From NCBI RefSeq assembly GCF_013149785.1, contig NZ_JABEZU010000001.1, positions 558,001 to 622,000 on the forward strand: a DNA stretch of 64,000 nucleotides, read 5' to 3'. A program made the translations under genes and the position numbers. Below are positions 21,787 to 30,405 of this stretch, one piece after another. The DNA comes from Isoptericola halotolerans (GTDB lineage Bacteria > Actinomycetota > Actinomycetes > Actinomycetales > Cellulomonadaceae). The first letter of the stretch is position 1; every line of letters starts with the position of its first letter. The notes under the pieces were generated by a model. The model saw nothing but the letters and a program-made list of their open reading frames with translations. It made no database searches and had not been told where the DNA came from.

Positions 21787-22329
21787 ATGACGTCACCCGA
21801 GGGTTCACGGTTCTGGCAGCTGATGGGCGAGCAGGTCGGCCACGAGCTGGCGGCGCACCAGCAGTACGTCGCCATCGCGGTCTGGTTCGACGGGCACGAC
21901 CTGCCACAGCTCGCCGCGCACTTCTACCGCCAGGCGCTCGAGGAGCGCAACCACGCGATGATGATCGTCCAGTACCACCTGGACCGGTCGCTGCCGGCGA
22001 GAATCCCCGGGACTCCCGAGGTCGTCAACGACTTCGCGGACGTGCTCGAACCGCTGCAGCTCGCGCTCGACCAGGAGGAGCAGGTGACCCGGCAGGTCGA
22101 GGCGATCTTCCGGGCGGCGCGCGACGAGGGCGACGTCCTCGGCGAGCAGTTCATGCTCTGGTTCCTCGAGGAGCAGGTCGAGGAGGTGGCCTCGGCCAAC
22201 ACGCTGCTCACGGTGGCGCGGCGGGCCGGGGACAACCTGTTCGACCTGGAGAACTACGTCGCCCGTGAGGCGATCGGTGATGCCGGTGAGTCCGCCGACG
22301 CCCCGAAGGCCGCCGGCGGGGCGCTCTGA
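21787..22329 (+). CDS. Non-heme ferritin
   Basis: EQVGHELAAHQQY, ALEERNHAMM, EQFMLWFLEEQVEEV ferroxidase motifs. Confidence 0.93.
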   Translation: MTSPEGSRFWQLMGEQVGHELAAHQQYVAIAVWFDGHDLPQLAAHFYRQALEERNHAMMIVQYHLDRSLPARIPGTPEVVNDFADVLEPLQLALDQEEQVTRQVEAIFRAARDEGDVLGEQFMLWFLEEQVEEVASANTLLTVARRAGDNLFDLENYVAREAIGDAGESADAPKAAGGAL

Positions 22330-22333
22330 CCTC

Positions 22334-22364
22334 GACCCCACCCACAGCGAAGAGGGGTGGGGTC
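22334..22364. terminator. Hairpin between convergent ferritin and GH67 genes
   Basis: GACCCCACCC / GGGTGGGGTC, 10-bp stem. Confidence 0.6.
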
Positions 22365-24504
22365 AGTAGATCGTCCGGCCCTGCTCGTCGGGGATGCCTG
22401 ACTTCCGCCAGAAGTACGTGGTGACCTGGTCGCGCCACTCGACGGCCGAGCGACGCTGCTCGGTGAGCCGGTCGCTCACCCGCCGCGCGACGTCGTCGGG
22501 CACGAGACCGGCGACGTCCTCCCAGCGTTCCACCATGCGCTCCACCCGCTCGACGCCCTCGAAGTGGGTGTCGTAGACGTGCTGGACCACCGTCTTCCCG
22601 CTGTGCAGCACGTGGGTGTACGGCACGTGGTGGAAGAACAGCAGCAGCTCGTCGGGGCACGAGTCGAGGGACTCGTAGACCTCGCGCCACGGCGCCGGGT
22701 ACTGGCCGGTGTATCCCGTGCCGGTCGCGCGGGTGCGGTCCACGCCGATCCCGTCCCGGTCGGCGAAGTGGTAGGTGCCCCAGGGCGTGTACTCGTAGCC
22801 GTCCACGTCCGGCCCGTAGTGGTGGCCCGGCCGCACCATGAACCCGATGCCCAGCGGGGCGGTGTACAGCTCGTACGTGTGCCAGGACTCGTCGAGGATC
22901 GCGTGCACCGCCGCCCGCAGCTCGGCGGGCGCCCCGGGGAACGTCAGGTCGATCCACTCGTCCAGCACCGCTGGCGGGTCCAGGGCCGGGTCCCAGGCGA
23001 GCCGCCCGAACGCATAGAGGTTCGCCTGGGCCAGCGGGTGCCCGGTCCAGAAGCGGTCGTCCCCGACGTTGGAGACCGCCGCGATCCCACCGCCCTGCCC
23101 GCCCGGGCCACGGCCGGAGGCGAGGTCGGCCACGGTGACCGGGGCGCCGCCGTCGGGCGCGTCGTCGGGGCCCGCGGCATCGCCCCACGGCTGCCAGCGC
23201 AGGATCTCGCTCCACGCCGGCCCCAGGTAGACGGCGTGACGCTGCTGACCCGTGTACTCCTGCGTCACCTGCAGCTCGAGCGCCACCCGAGTGCGCGGCA
23301 TCGCGGCGAGCACGGGGGAGACGGGCTCGCGCACCTGGAAGTCGACCGGCCCGTGCTTGACCTGGACGACCACGTTGCCGGCGAACCTGCCGTCGAGCGG
23401 TGCGAAGTGGTCGTGGGCGGCGCGGGCACGGTCGGTGGTGCGGTCCCGCCAGTCCTGGGTGTGGTTGTAGACGAAGGCCCGCCAGTGGACGAGGCCACCG
23501 TGCGGGGCGACGGCCTCGGCGAGCATGTTCGCGCCGTCGGCGTGATCGCGTCCGTGCGCGAAAGGACCGGGCTGGCCCTCGGAGTCGGCCTTGACCACGA
23601 ACCCTCCGAAGTCGGGGACGGCGCGCCAGACGACGTCCGCGGCGTCGCGCCACCAGGTGCGCACCGCGGGGTCGAGCGGGTCCGACGTCGGCAGCCCGCC
23701 GAGGGTGACCGGTGAGGCGAAGCTCACCGACAGGTGGGTGCGTACCCCGTAGGGGCGCAGCGCGGCGGCGATGCGCGCGACCTCGGGCAGGTCGTCGGTG
23801 AGCAGGCGGGCCTCGCGGGCGGCGACGTTGACGTTGTTGATCGCGACGCGGTCGATCCCGACGGCGGCGAGCAGACGTGCGTACGTGGTGACCCGGCTCA
23901 GGTCGGCGCGGACGTGGCCGGCGTCGTAGAAGATCGACCCGCCCGCGTATCCCCGCTCGACCTGCCCCATGACGGGGTGCACGTCCACGTTGTCCCAGTG
24001 GTCGAGCATCCGCAGCGCGCTCACCGGGGCGTGGTGCTCGTCGGTGTCCGGGCCGTCGAACGCGACGGCGCCGAGACGGACCACGTGGAACCACCCGTGC
24101 AGCAGGCTCGTGGGGTGGTCCGCGGTGACGGTGACGCGGCCGGCGGCGCGAAGCAGCCGGTAGCCGGCGGGCTCGGCGGGCTCGGCGGGTGCCGGGTCCG
24201 CGGGGTCGAGGGCGAGGAGCAGGTCGGGCTCGTCGTCGTGCCCGACGACGGCGCCGCCGTGGGCGCGGGTGGCGCGGTCCAGCTCGGCCGACAGGGTGGC
24301 GAGCACGGCGCGGTCGGTGCGCCGGGAACTGCTGCGGTCGGTATGTTCGGTCGCGATCGGTCCCTCGAGCTGCCGATCGCGGCTGGAACTGCCGACCGGA
24401 ACGCCGGCTTCGTCGTCGGGCGACCGGAGCGCGAGACGGCGGCTGCCGACGGTCTGCAGCGCGGCGTCAGGCAGCCAGGCCGGGTGGAAATCGTTGTCGA
24501 GCAT
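22363..24504 (-). CDS. aguA: GH67 alpha-glucuronidase
   Basis: LRMLDHWDN, ERGYAGGS, INNVNV, KADSEGQPGP, WRAFVY, GPVDFQVREP, ELQVTQEYTGQQ, ELLLFFHH. AAGGAG RBS. Confidence 0.96.
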   Translation of the reverse strand: MLDNDFHPAWLPDAALQTVGSRRLALRSPDDEAGVPVGSSSRDRQLEGPIATEHTDRSSSRRTDRAVLATLSAELDRATRAHGGAVVGHDDEPDLLLALDPADPAPAEPAEPAGYRLLRAAGRVTVTADHPTSLLHGWFHVVRLGAVAFDGPDTDEHHAPVSALRMLDHWDNVDVHPVMGQVERGYAGGSIFYDAGHVRADLSRVTTYARLLAAVGIDRVAINNVNVAAREARLLTDDLPEVARIAAALRPYGVRTHLSVSFASPVTLGGLPTSDPLDPAVRTWWRDAADVVWRAVPDFGGFVVKADSEGQPGPFAHGRDHADGANMLAEAVAPHGGLVHWRAFVYNHTQDWRDRTTDRARAAHDHFAPLDGRFAGNVVVQVKHGPVDFQVREPVSPVLAAMPRTRVALELQVTQEYTGQQRHAVYLGPAWSEILRWQPWGDAAGPDDAPDGGAPVTVADLASGRGPGGQGGGIAAVSNVGDDRFWTGHPLAQANLYAFGRLAWDPALDPPAVLDEWIDLTFPGAPAELRAAVHAILDESWHTYELYTAPLGIGFMVRPGHHYGPDVDGYEYTPWGTYHFADRDGIGVDRTRATGTGYTGQYPAPWREVYESLDSCPDELLLFFHHVPYTHVLHSGKTVVQHVYDTHFEGVERVERMVERWEDVAGLVPDDVARRVSDRLTEQRRSAVEWRDQVTTYFWRKSGIPDEQGRTIY
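24331..24400. repeat. Palindromic repeat element, copy A (in-frame inside GH67)
   Basis: 55/70 ungapped identity to 41586-41655; folds into a long imperfect hairpin. Confidence 0.8.
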
Positions 24505-24540
24505 GAGGCGGCTCTCCTTCGAGCGGCAGCCGCTGATCGT

Positions 24541-24608
24541 TGTGGGCGCGATTTCTGTGGGTAGATATCTCGTAGAACGGTCATATCGGGCCAGAAATCG
24601 CGCCCACA
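24541..24608. repeat. REP/MITE-like palindromic element between uxaC and GH67
   Basis: Perfect 17-bp terminal IR TGTGGGCGCGATTTCTG / CAGAAATCGCGCCCACA, inner GATAT/ATATC, AT-rich core. Confidence 0.75.
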
Positions 24609-24611
24609 GCC

Positions 24612-26033
24612 TCAGCGGGGGGCGGGGTAGGCGGCCAGGGGGAGTCGGTAGGCGAGGTCGACGGCGGTCTCGGTCGCCTCGTCGAGGTCGAGACGGTGCT
24701 CCGCGACCAGTCGCGCCAGGTAGCCGGCGTCCACCCGGCGGGCCAGGTCGTGGCGCGCAGGGATCGAGCAGAAAGCCCGGGTGTCGTCCACGAACCCGCT
24801 CATGTTGCTGAAGCCCGCCGTCTCGGTCGCGGACTCACGGAACCGGCGCATCGCGTCCGGGGCGTCGAGGAACCACCACGGGGCACCCAGCCTCAACGCC
24901 GGGTAGACGCCGGCCAGCGGTGCGAGCTCGCGCGAGTAGACGTCCTCGTCCACCGTGAAGGCGATCATCCGGAAGGCCGGGTGGTGCCCGAAGGCGTCGA
25001 GGATCGGACGCAGGGACCGCGTGAACTCCGTGACGACCGGGATGTCGTACCCCTTGTCCGGTCCGAACGCCGCGAACGGCGCGGTGGCGTGGTTCCGCAG
25101 CACGCCCGGGTGCAGCTGCATGACCAGGCCGTCCTCGGTGGACATCGCGGCCATCTGGAAGAGCATGTGCCCGCTGAACGCCTCCGCCTCCGCCGCGGTG
25201 ACGGCGCCGGCCAGGGCGGCGTCGAACACCCGGCGAGCCTCGAGATCGTCCAACGGCGTGGTGTCGGCCGCGAGGTGGCCGTGGTCGGTGGCACGGGCGC
25301 CGGCCTCCACGAACCGCTGGCGCTGGACCCGCAGCGCAGCGAGGTAGGTCTCGTACGACCCGATCTCGACGTCGGCGGCCCGGCCGAGCAGGTCGATCTC
25401 CTCGCGCCACGTGGTCCGGTCGACGTGCAGCAACGGGTCGGGACGGAAGGTCGGCAGCACGCGGTCGCCGTAGCCGTCCTTGGCGAGCCGGGTGTGGTCC
25501 TCCAAGGATGCCCAGGCCGGGTCGGTGGTGGCGATGACCTCGATGCGGAAGGTGTCGAGCAGCGCGCGGGGGCGGAACTCCGGTGACTCGATCCGGGCGG
25601 CGACCTGGTCGTAGATCGCGTCCGCGGTCGCGGCCGACGGGCGTTGTGTGACGCCGAAGATCTCGACGAACGCGTGCTCGAGCCAGTACCGCGTCGGGGT
25701 CCCGCGGAAGTGCTGCCAGCCGGCGCAGAACCGCCGCCAGATCTCGCGGGGGTCCTGCTCGACGGCCTCGGTCTCGGTGGATCCGACGCCGAGCCGGGGC
25801 AGGGTCTCGCCCTGCGAGACCAGCATCCGGGTCAGGTAGTGGTCGGGCACCACGAAGAGCTGGGCCGGGTCGCCGAACGACGAGTCCTGCGCGAACCACT
25901 CGACCGGCACGTGACCGTGCATGGACACGATCGACAGGTCCCTCGTCGCCGCGTAGACCTCGCGGGCGATACCGCGGACGGTCGGGTCGGCGGGCAGGGC
26001 CCGGTCGGGGTGCAGGGTCCAGGGCTCGCTCAC
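24612..26033 (-). CDS. uxaC: Uronate (glucuronate) isomerase
   Basis: SMHGHV, PDHYLTRML, FRGTPTRYWL, MQLHPG, YSRELAPLAG, GAPWWFLD, GFVDDTRAF, RHDLARR. Confidence 0.96.
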   Translation of the reverse strand: MSEPWTLHPDRALPADPTVRGIAREVYAATRDLSIVSMHGHVPVEWFAQDSSFGDPAQLFVVPDHYLTRMLVSQGETLPRLGVGSTETEAVEQDPREIWRRFCAGWQHFRGTPTRYWLEHAFVEIFGVTQRPSAATADAIYDQVAARIESPEFRPRALLDTFRIEVIATTDPAWASLEDHTRLAKDGYGDRVLPTFRPDPLLHVDRTTWREEIDLLGRAADVEIGSYETYLAALRVQRQRFVEAGARATDHGHLAADTTPLDDLEARRVFDAALAGAVTAAEAEAFSGHMLFQMAAMSTEDGLVMQLHPGVLRNHATAPFAAFGPDKGYDIPVVTEFTRSLRPILDAFGHHPAFRMIAFTVDEDVYSRELAPLAGVYPALRLGAPWWFLDAPDAMRRFRESATETAGFSNMSGFVDDTRAFCSIPARHDLARRVDAGYLARLVAEHRLDLDEATETAVDLAYRLPLAAYPAPR

Positions 26034-26055
26034 GGGCGCCTCCTCGTCGAGTGGG

Positions 26056-26147
26056 TGACAACGTTTGCATCATACGGACTTCGATCCTCGGTGTCACGAT
26101 GAAGGCGTTAGGCTGTCCCCGGGACAGTCAACCTGTAAACGTTCGCA
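26056..26147. promoter_or_regulatory. Two LacI-type operators in the uxaC/LacI divergent region
   Basis: TGACAACGTTTGCA (26056-69) and TGTAAACGTTCGCA (26134-47); central CG palindromes. Confidence 0.65.
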
Positions 26148-26160
26148 GCCGGAGGGGCTC

Positions 26161-27180
26161 ATGGTCACGGTGCACGACGTCGCCCGGTCGGCCGGGGTGT
26201 CCATCTCTACCGTCTCGCGCGCGCTCGCCGCACCCGAGAAGGTCGCCTCCGCGACCCGCGAGCGCGTCCGGCGGGCCGCCGCGGAGCTCGGCTACCGCCC
26301 CAACCGTGCCGCTGCCGTGCTGCGGGCCGGCCGGTCGGGCGCCTACGGGCTCGTGGTGCCAGACCTCGCGAACCCCTACTTCGCGGCCGTCGCCAAGGGC
26401 GCTCAGGAACGGGCCCGCGAGCACGGCGCAGGACTGTTCATCGTGGACACCGACGAGGACCCGGACCTCGAGGCCGAGGCGATCCGTGCCCTCGCCCCCC
26501 AGACGGACGGCGTGGTGCTCTGCTCGCCCCGAGCCGCCGACCGTGCGTTGGGTGCCCTGGACGGGCGACCTGTCGTCCTCGTCAACCACGACGTCGCCGG
26601 TGTCCCCGCGGTCGAGGCCGACCATCGCGGCGGCATGCAGCGTGCGCTGGAGCACCTGCGCGCCCTCGGTCACCACCGGGTGGCCTACGTCGGCGGACCC
26701 GAACGCTCGTGGAGCGATCGCCGTCGTCGGGCCGGCCTCGTCGAGGCGTCGGCCCGGTACGACGACGTCGAGGTCGTCGAGCTGGGAGCGTTCCGTCCCC
26801 GGGTGGAGGGTGGCCAGGCGGCGGCCGACCTCGTCGTCGCGTCCGGCGCCACGGCCGTCGTCACGTTCAACGACCTGGTCGCCGTCGGTCTCGTCGACCG
26901 GCTGCGGGCACGAGGCCTCGACGTCCCGCACGACCTGTCGGTCGTCGGCTGTGACGACTCCTACGTCGCCTCGCTCGTCACCCCGCCCCTGACCACCCTG
27001 CGTGTCGACCTGCGCCGGCTCGGGCGCCACGCCGTCGACCGCCTCGTCGCCTCGGCGTCCGGGGGCCGATCGACCGGCGCGGAGACTCCTGTCCCGGACG
27101 CGCCCCCGCTCGACGTCGAGCTCGTCGTGCGGTCGTCGACCGCACCTCCCGTCCGTCACTCGTCCGGAGGAACCTTGTGA
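26161..27180 (+). CDS. LacI family regulator (uronate utilisation by context)
   Basis: VTVHDVARSAGVSISTVSRAL, LGYRPN, LSVVGCDD, PPLTT. Confidence 0.93.
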   Translation: MVTVHDVARSAGVSISTVSRALAAPEKVASATRERVRRAAAELGYRPNRAAAVLRAGRSGAYGLVVPDLANPYFAAVAKGAQERAREHGAGLFIVDTDEDPDLEAEAIRALAPQTDGVVLCSPRAADRALGALDGRPVVLVNHDVAGVPAVEADHRGGMQRALEHLRALGHHRVAYVGGPERSWSDRRRRAGLVEASARYDDVEVVELGAFRPRVEGGQAAADLVVASGATAVVTFNDLVAVGLVDRLRARGLDVPHDLSVVGCDDSYVASLVTPPLTTLRVDLRRLGRHAVDRLVASASGGRSTGAETPVPDAPPLDVELVVRSSTAPPVRHSSGGTL

Positions 27181-28721
27181 ACGACCGTCTGCACCGTCGC
27201 GCCGTCCCTGCCGACCTCGAGCCGCCGGTCCACCCGGAGTCGGTGGGCATCGTCCACCTCGGCATCGGCGCTTTCCATCGCGCGCACCAGGCCGTCTTCA
27301 CCGAGCTCGCGGCCCGCTCGAGGGGTGACCTGCGCTGGGGGATCCTGGGCGTGACGCAGCGGTCGGCCACGGTGCGCGACCAGCTCCGGCCGCAGGGCGG
27401 GGTCTACTCGGTGCTCACGGCCGGGCGTGAGGAGTCCTCCGTCGATCTCGTCGGGTCGGTGCTCGACGTCGCCTGGCCCGCGGAGGAGACTGCGCGGGTC
27501 CTGGGCACGATCGCCGCACCGACCACGCACCTGGTCACGCTCACGGTGACGGAGAAGGGCTACTGCCGCGACGCCGGGGGAGCGCTCGACCTGGGGCTGG
27601 TGCGAAGCGACCTGGACGCCCTCGGCGCCGAGCAGGAAGCTGCGCCCGGTATGCCGGCGCACAGCGGGACCAACCTCCTGGTCGGCGGGGCGGTGCCGGC
27701 GTCGACGGCGGTCGGCCTGCTGGTCCGCGGGCTGGCCGCGCGGTACCGGGCCGCCCGGGCCGCCGGCGAGCTGCGGCCGCTGACGGTGCTGACCTGCGAC
27801 AACATGGTCGACAACGGTCGAGTGCTGGAGGGCCTCGTGCGTGCGGCGCTCGAGGCCGCCGTGCCCGGCGACACCGCTCTGCGGGCCTGGCTGGACGAGC
27901 ACGTGACGTTCCCCTGCTCGATGGTGGACCGCATCGTGCCGGCCACGACCGCCGCGCAGCGTGACGCCGTCGAGCAGCGGCTCGGTGTGCGCGACGAGGG
28001 CCTGGTGGTCGGTGAGCCCTACCGCCAGTGGGTCATCGAGGACCGGTTCGCCGGGCCGCGCCCCGCCTGGGAGGACGCCGGCGCGACGATCACCGACGAC
28101 GTCGCCGTCTGGGAGCGCGCCAAGCTGCGGCTGCTCAACGGCACGCACTCGTTGCTCGCGTACGCGGGCCGGCTCGCGGGCCACGCCACGATCGCAGAGG
28201 CGATCGACGACCCGGCGATCGAGGCCCGGGCGCGGCAGCTCCTCTTCGACGACGCGCTGCCCACGCTCACCCCGCCCCGGGGGGCGGACCTCGCGGCCTA
28301 CGGCGAGTCGCTGCTGGAGCGCTTCGCGAACCCGGCGACCGGGCACACCACGGTGCAGGTGTCGATGGACGGCACCCAGAAGATCCCGTACCGCTGGGGC
28401 GACACGGTCGCCGAGCGGCTGGCGGCCGGAGAGATCCCGCACGGCGCGGCCTACGCGCTGGCGGCATGGTCGGAGGTCGTACGGCACGAGGCGCTGGCCG
28501 GCCGGCTCGTCGACGACCCCCGCGCGGCGCAGCTGCGCGACGTCGTCCGCGCGGTGGGTCGGGGGTCGGTCGAGGCAGCGCGACCTGAGGACGTGGCGCG
28601 GGCGCTCACCGCGCTGCCCGGCCTGCTGCCCGGCGGCTCCGGGACGGACCCGGCGCTGCTCGACGCGGTCGTGGACGAGGCCGAGAGGCTTGTCGGCGCG
28701 GAGGCTGTCGCGACGAGGTAG
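27177..28721 (+). CDS. uxuB: Mannitol dehydrogenase family; probable fructuronate reductase/D-mannonate oxidoreductase
   Basis: IVHLGIGAFHRAHQA, TVTEKGY, CDN, FPCSMVDRIVP, WVIED, KLRLLNGTHS, MDGTQK. Adjacent to uxaC. Confidence 0.85.
   Translation: MNDRLHRRAVPADLEPPVHPESVGIVHLGIGAFHRAHQAVFTELAARSRGDLRWGILGVTQRSATVRDQLRPQGGVYSVLTAGREESSVDLVGSVLDVAWPAEETARVLGTIAAPTTHLVTLTVTEKGYCRDAGGALDLGLVRSDLDALGAEQEAAPGMPAHSGTNLLVGGAVPASTAVGLLVRGLAARYRAARAAGELRPLTVLTCDNMVDNGRVLEGLVRAALEAAVPGDTALRAWLDEHVTFPCSMVDRIVPATTAAQRDAVEQRLGVRDEGLVVGEPYRQWVIEDRFAGPRPAWEDAGATITDDVAVWERAKLRLLNGTHSLLAYAGRLAGHATIAEAIDDPAIEARARQLLFDDALPTLTPPRGADLAAYGESLLERFANPATGHTTVQVSMDGTQKIPYRWGDTVAERLAAGEIPHGAAYALAAWSEVVRHEALAGRLVDDPRAAQLRDVVRAVGRGSVEAARPEDVARALTALPGLLPGGSGTDPALLDAVVDEAERLVGAEAVATR
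27626..27687. repeat. Degenerate palindromic element in-frame inside uxuB
   Basis: 62 nt. Arms CGCCGAGCAGGAAGCTGCGCCC vs reverse complement CGCCGACCAGGAGGTTGGTCCC (17/22); core is self-complementary. Confidence 0.6.
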
Positions 28722-28841
28722 CGCGCGGCCGCGACGTCGGAGCCGTCGCGGCGCGCGCCGTGGCCGAAACCGTGCGAGCCGGTTCGCGAATCCGCGCGGC
28801 CCGGTTCGCCCGCTGAGACATGGATCACCTACGCTCGGCGG

Positions 28842-28978
28842 GATGTGAGCGCTCACATCACCGCCGGTGAGGACCCCGTCGTCGCTGCCGATGGGGTCCG
28901 GCTCGTTGCCGGATCGTGATGAAGCGCTTTCCCGAAGGGCTGGACACCGACGCTCAGACCTGTATTGTATCGTTTCAA
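28842..28978 (+). promoter_or_regulatory. Operator-rich promoter of the second ABC operon
   Basis: Perfect palindrome GATGTGAGCGCTCACATC (28842-59), ATGAAGCGCTTTCC (28919-32), TGGACA..TATTGT promoter candidate, TTGTATCGTTTCAA (28965-78). Confidence 0.65.
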
Positions 28979-29043
28979 GTCGACGGGACAGAGGGGCCAC
29001 AGGGGGCTTCCTCGGCGTCGACGTCCTGAGCAAGGAGGCTCCG

Positions 29044-30339
29044 ATGAGGATCTCGCGCAACGCCGCCGGCGCAGTCGCCGCGACCGCCGCACTCACTCTC
29101 GTCCTGACCGCGTGCAGCGGTGACGACTCGAACGGCTCCGGGGGCGGCGAGGGCGGCGACGTCACGCTGACCGTCGCCTGGTGGGGCAACGACGACCGTG
29201 CCGACAAGTACGAGGAGTCGATCGACCTCTTCGAGGCGGCCAACCCCAACATCACCGTCCAGACGCAGTTCCAGGCCTGGGACGACTACTGGACCGCGCG
29301 CAACACCGAGGCGGCCGGCCAGGCGCTGCCCGACGTGTTCCAGATGGACCTGTCCTACCTGCGCCAGTACGGCAGCACCGGCCAGCTCGCCGACCTCTCG
29401 GGCAGCTCCATCGACACCGCGGGCTTCGAGGAGGCGCTCCTCGAGGCCGGTCAGATCGAGGGAGCCCAGTACGGCATCCCGACCTCGCAGAACACGCTCG
29501 CACTGTTCTACAACGGCGACGTCCTCGACGAGGTCGGCGTCGAGCCCCTCGAGGAGGGCTACACCTGGGAGGACTTCAACGCGTTCATCGCCGAGGTCTC
29601 CGAGGCCGGCACCGACGAGGAGCCCGCGATCTACGGCTCCGGCGACTACACCGGCACCTTCTGGTTCTTCGCCCAGTGGCTGATCCAGCAGGGCGTCCAG
29701 CCCTTCACCGAGGACGGCCAGCTCAACTTCGACGAGTCGCACGCCACCGAGTTCCTCAACCTGGCGAGCGGCCTGCGCGAGGCCGGCCAGCTCTTCCCGA
29801 CGGACCGCGCGACGCAGCTCGCCCCGCTGAGCGGCTTCACCTCGAACGAGGTCGGCGCCGAGGCCAGCTGGGACAACTTCCTCGCCGGCTACGTCTCGGA
29901 CGCCGGCACGGAGAACATCCACATGCTCCCGATGCCGTCGGGCGACAACGGCCCGCAGCAGTTCTGGAAGCCGTCGATGCTGCTCTCGTCGAGCGCCAGC
30001 TCCGAGCACCCCGAGGAGGCCGCCGCGCTCATCAGCTTCCTCGTGAACGACCCCGAGGTCGGCGAGATCTTCGGCACCTCGAAGGGCGTCCCCGCCGTGG
30101 CCGCCCAGCGTGACGCCATGAACATCGAGGAGGGCTCGGTCGACGCGACCGTCCTCGAGTACGAGGAGGCGGTGGCCGCGGACGTCACCGAGACCGCCCC
30201 CCTGCCCGTCGAGGGCTTCGGCTCCATCGAGGCCGAGTGGATGCGCCTGGCCGAGGAGCTGGGCTACGGCAACATCACGGTCGACCAGTTCGTCGAGCAG
30301 TGGTTCATGTTCGCCGCCGACGCCGTCGGCCAGTCCTGA
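29044..30339 (+). CDS. ABC transporter sugar-binding lipoprotein (YesO-like)
   Basis: AAGGAGG RBS, lipobox LVLTAC, VAWWGNDDR, LPDVFQMD, HPEEAAALISFLVND. Confidence 0.92.
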   Translation: MRISRNAAGAVAATAALTLVLTACSGDDSNGSGGGEGGDVTLTVAWWGNDDRADKYEESIDLFEAANPNITVQTQFQAWDDYWTARNTEAAGQALPDVFQMDLSYLRQYGSTGQLADLSGSSIDTAGFEEALLEAGQIEGAQYGIPTSQNTLALFYNGDVLDEVGVEPLEEGYTWEDFNAFIAEVSEAGTDEEPAIYGSGDYTGTFWFFAQWLIQQGVQPFTEDGQLNFDESHATEFLNLASGLREAGQLFPTDRATQLAPLSGFTSNEVGAEASWDNFLAGYVSDAGTENIHMLPMPSGDNGPQQFWKPSMLLSSSASSEHPEEAAALISFLVNDPEVGEIFGTSKGVPAVAAQRDAMNIEEGSVDATVLEYEEAVAADVTETAPLPVEGFGSIEAEWMRLAEELGYGNITVDQFVEQWFMFAADAVGQS

Positions 30340-30352
30340 CGCTCTCTACGTA

Positions 30353-30390
30353 GCGTGCGGTCCCGCGCCTCGCGGCGCGGGACCGCACGC
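30353..30390 (+). terminator. Stem-loop after binding-protein gene
   Basis: Perfect 17-bp stem GCGTGCGGTCCCGCGCC / GGCGCGGGACCGCACGC with 4-nt loop. Confidence 0.7.
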
Positions 30391-30405
30391 ACCGGAGGTA
30401 CCACC

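Noticed and set aside
27056..27101. Possible further in-frame palindrome in the LacI C-terminus (GCGTCCGGG...CCCGGACGC)
   Set aside because: Only a 9-bp GC-rich stem with no sister copy; could be chance.
27156..29255. 699-aa minus-strand ORF and other Arg/Pro/Gly-rich alternate-frame ORFs
   Set aside because: Composition typical of off-frame GC-rich sequence; they overlap real genes.
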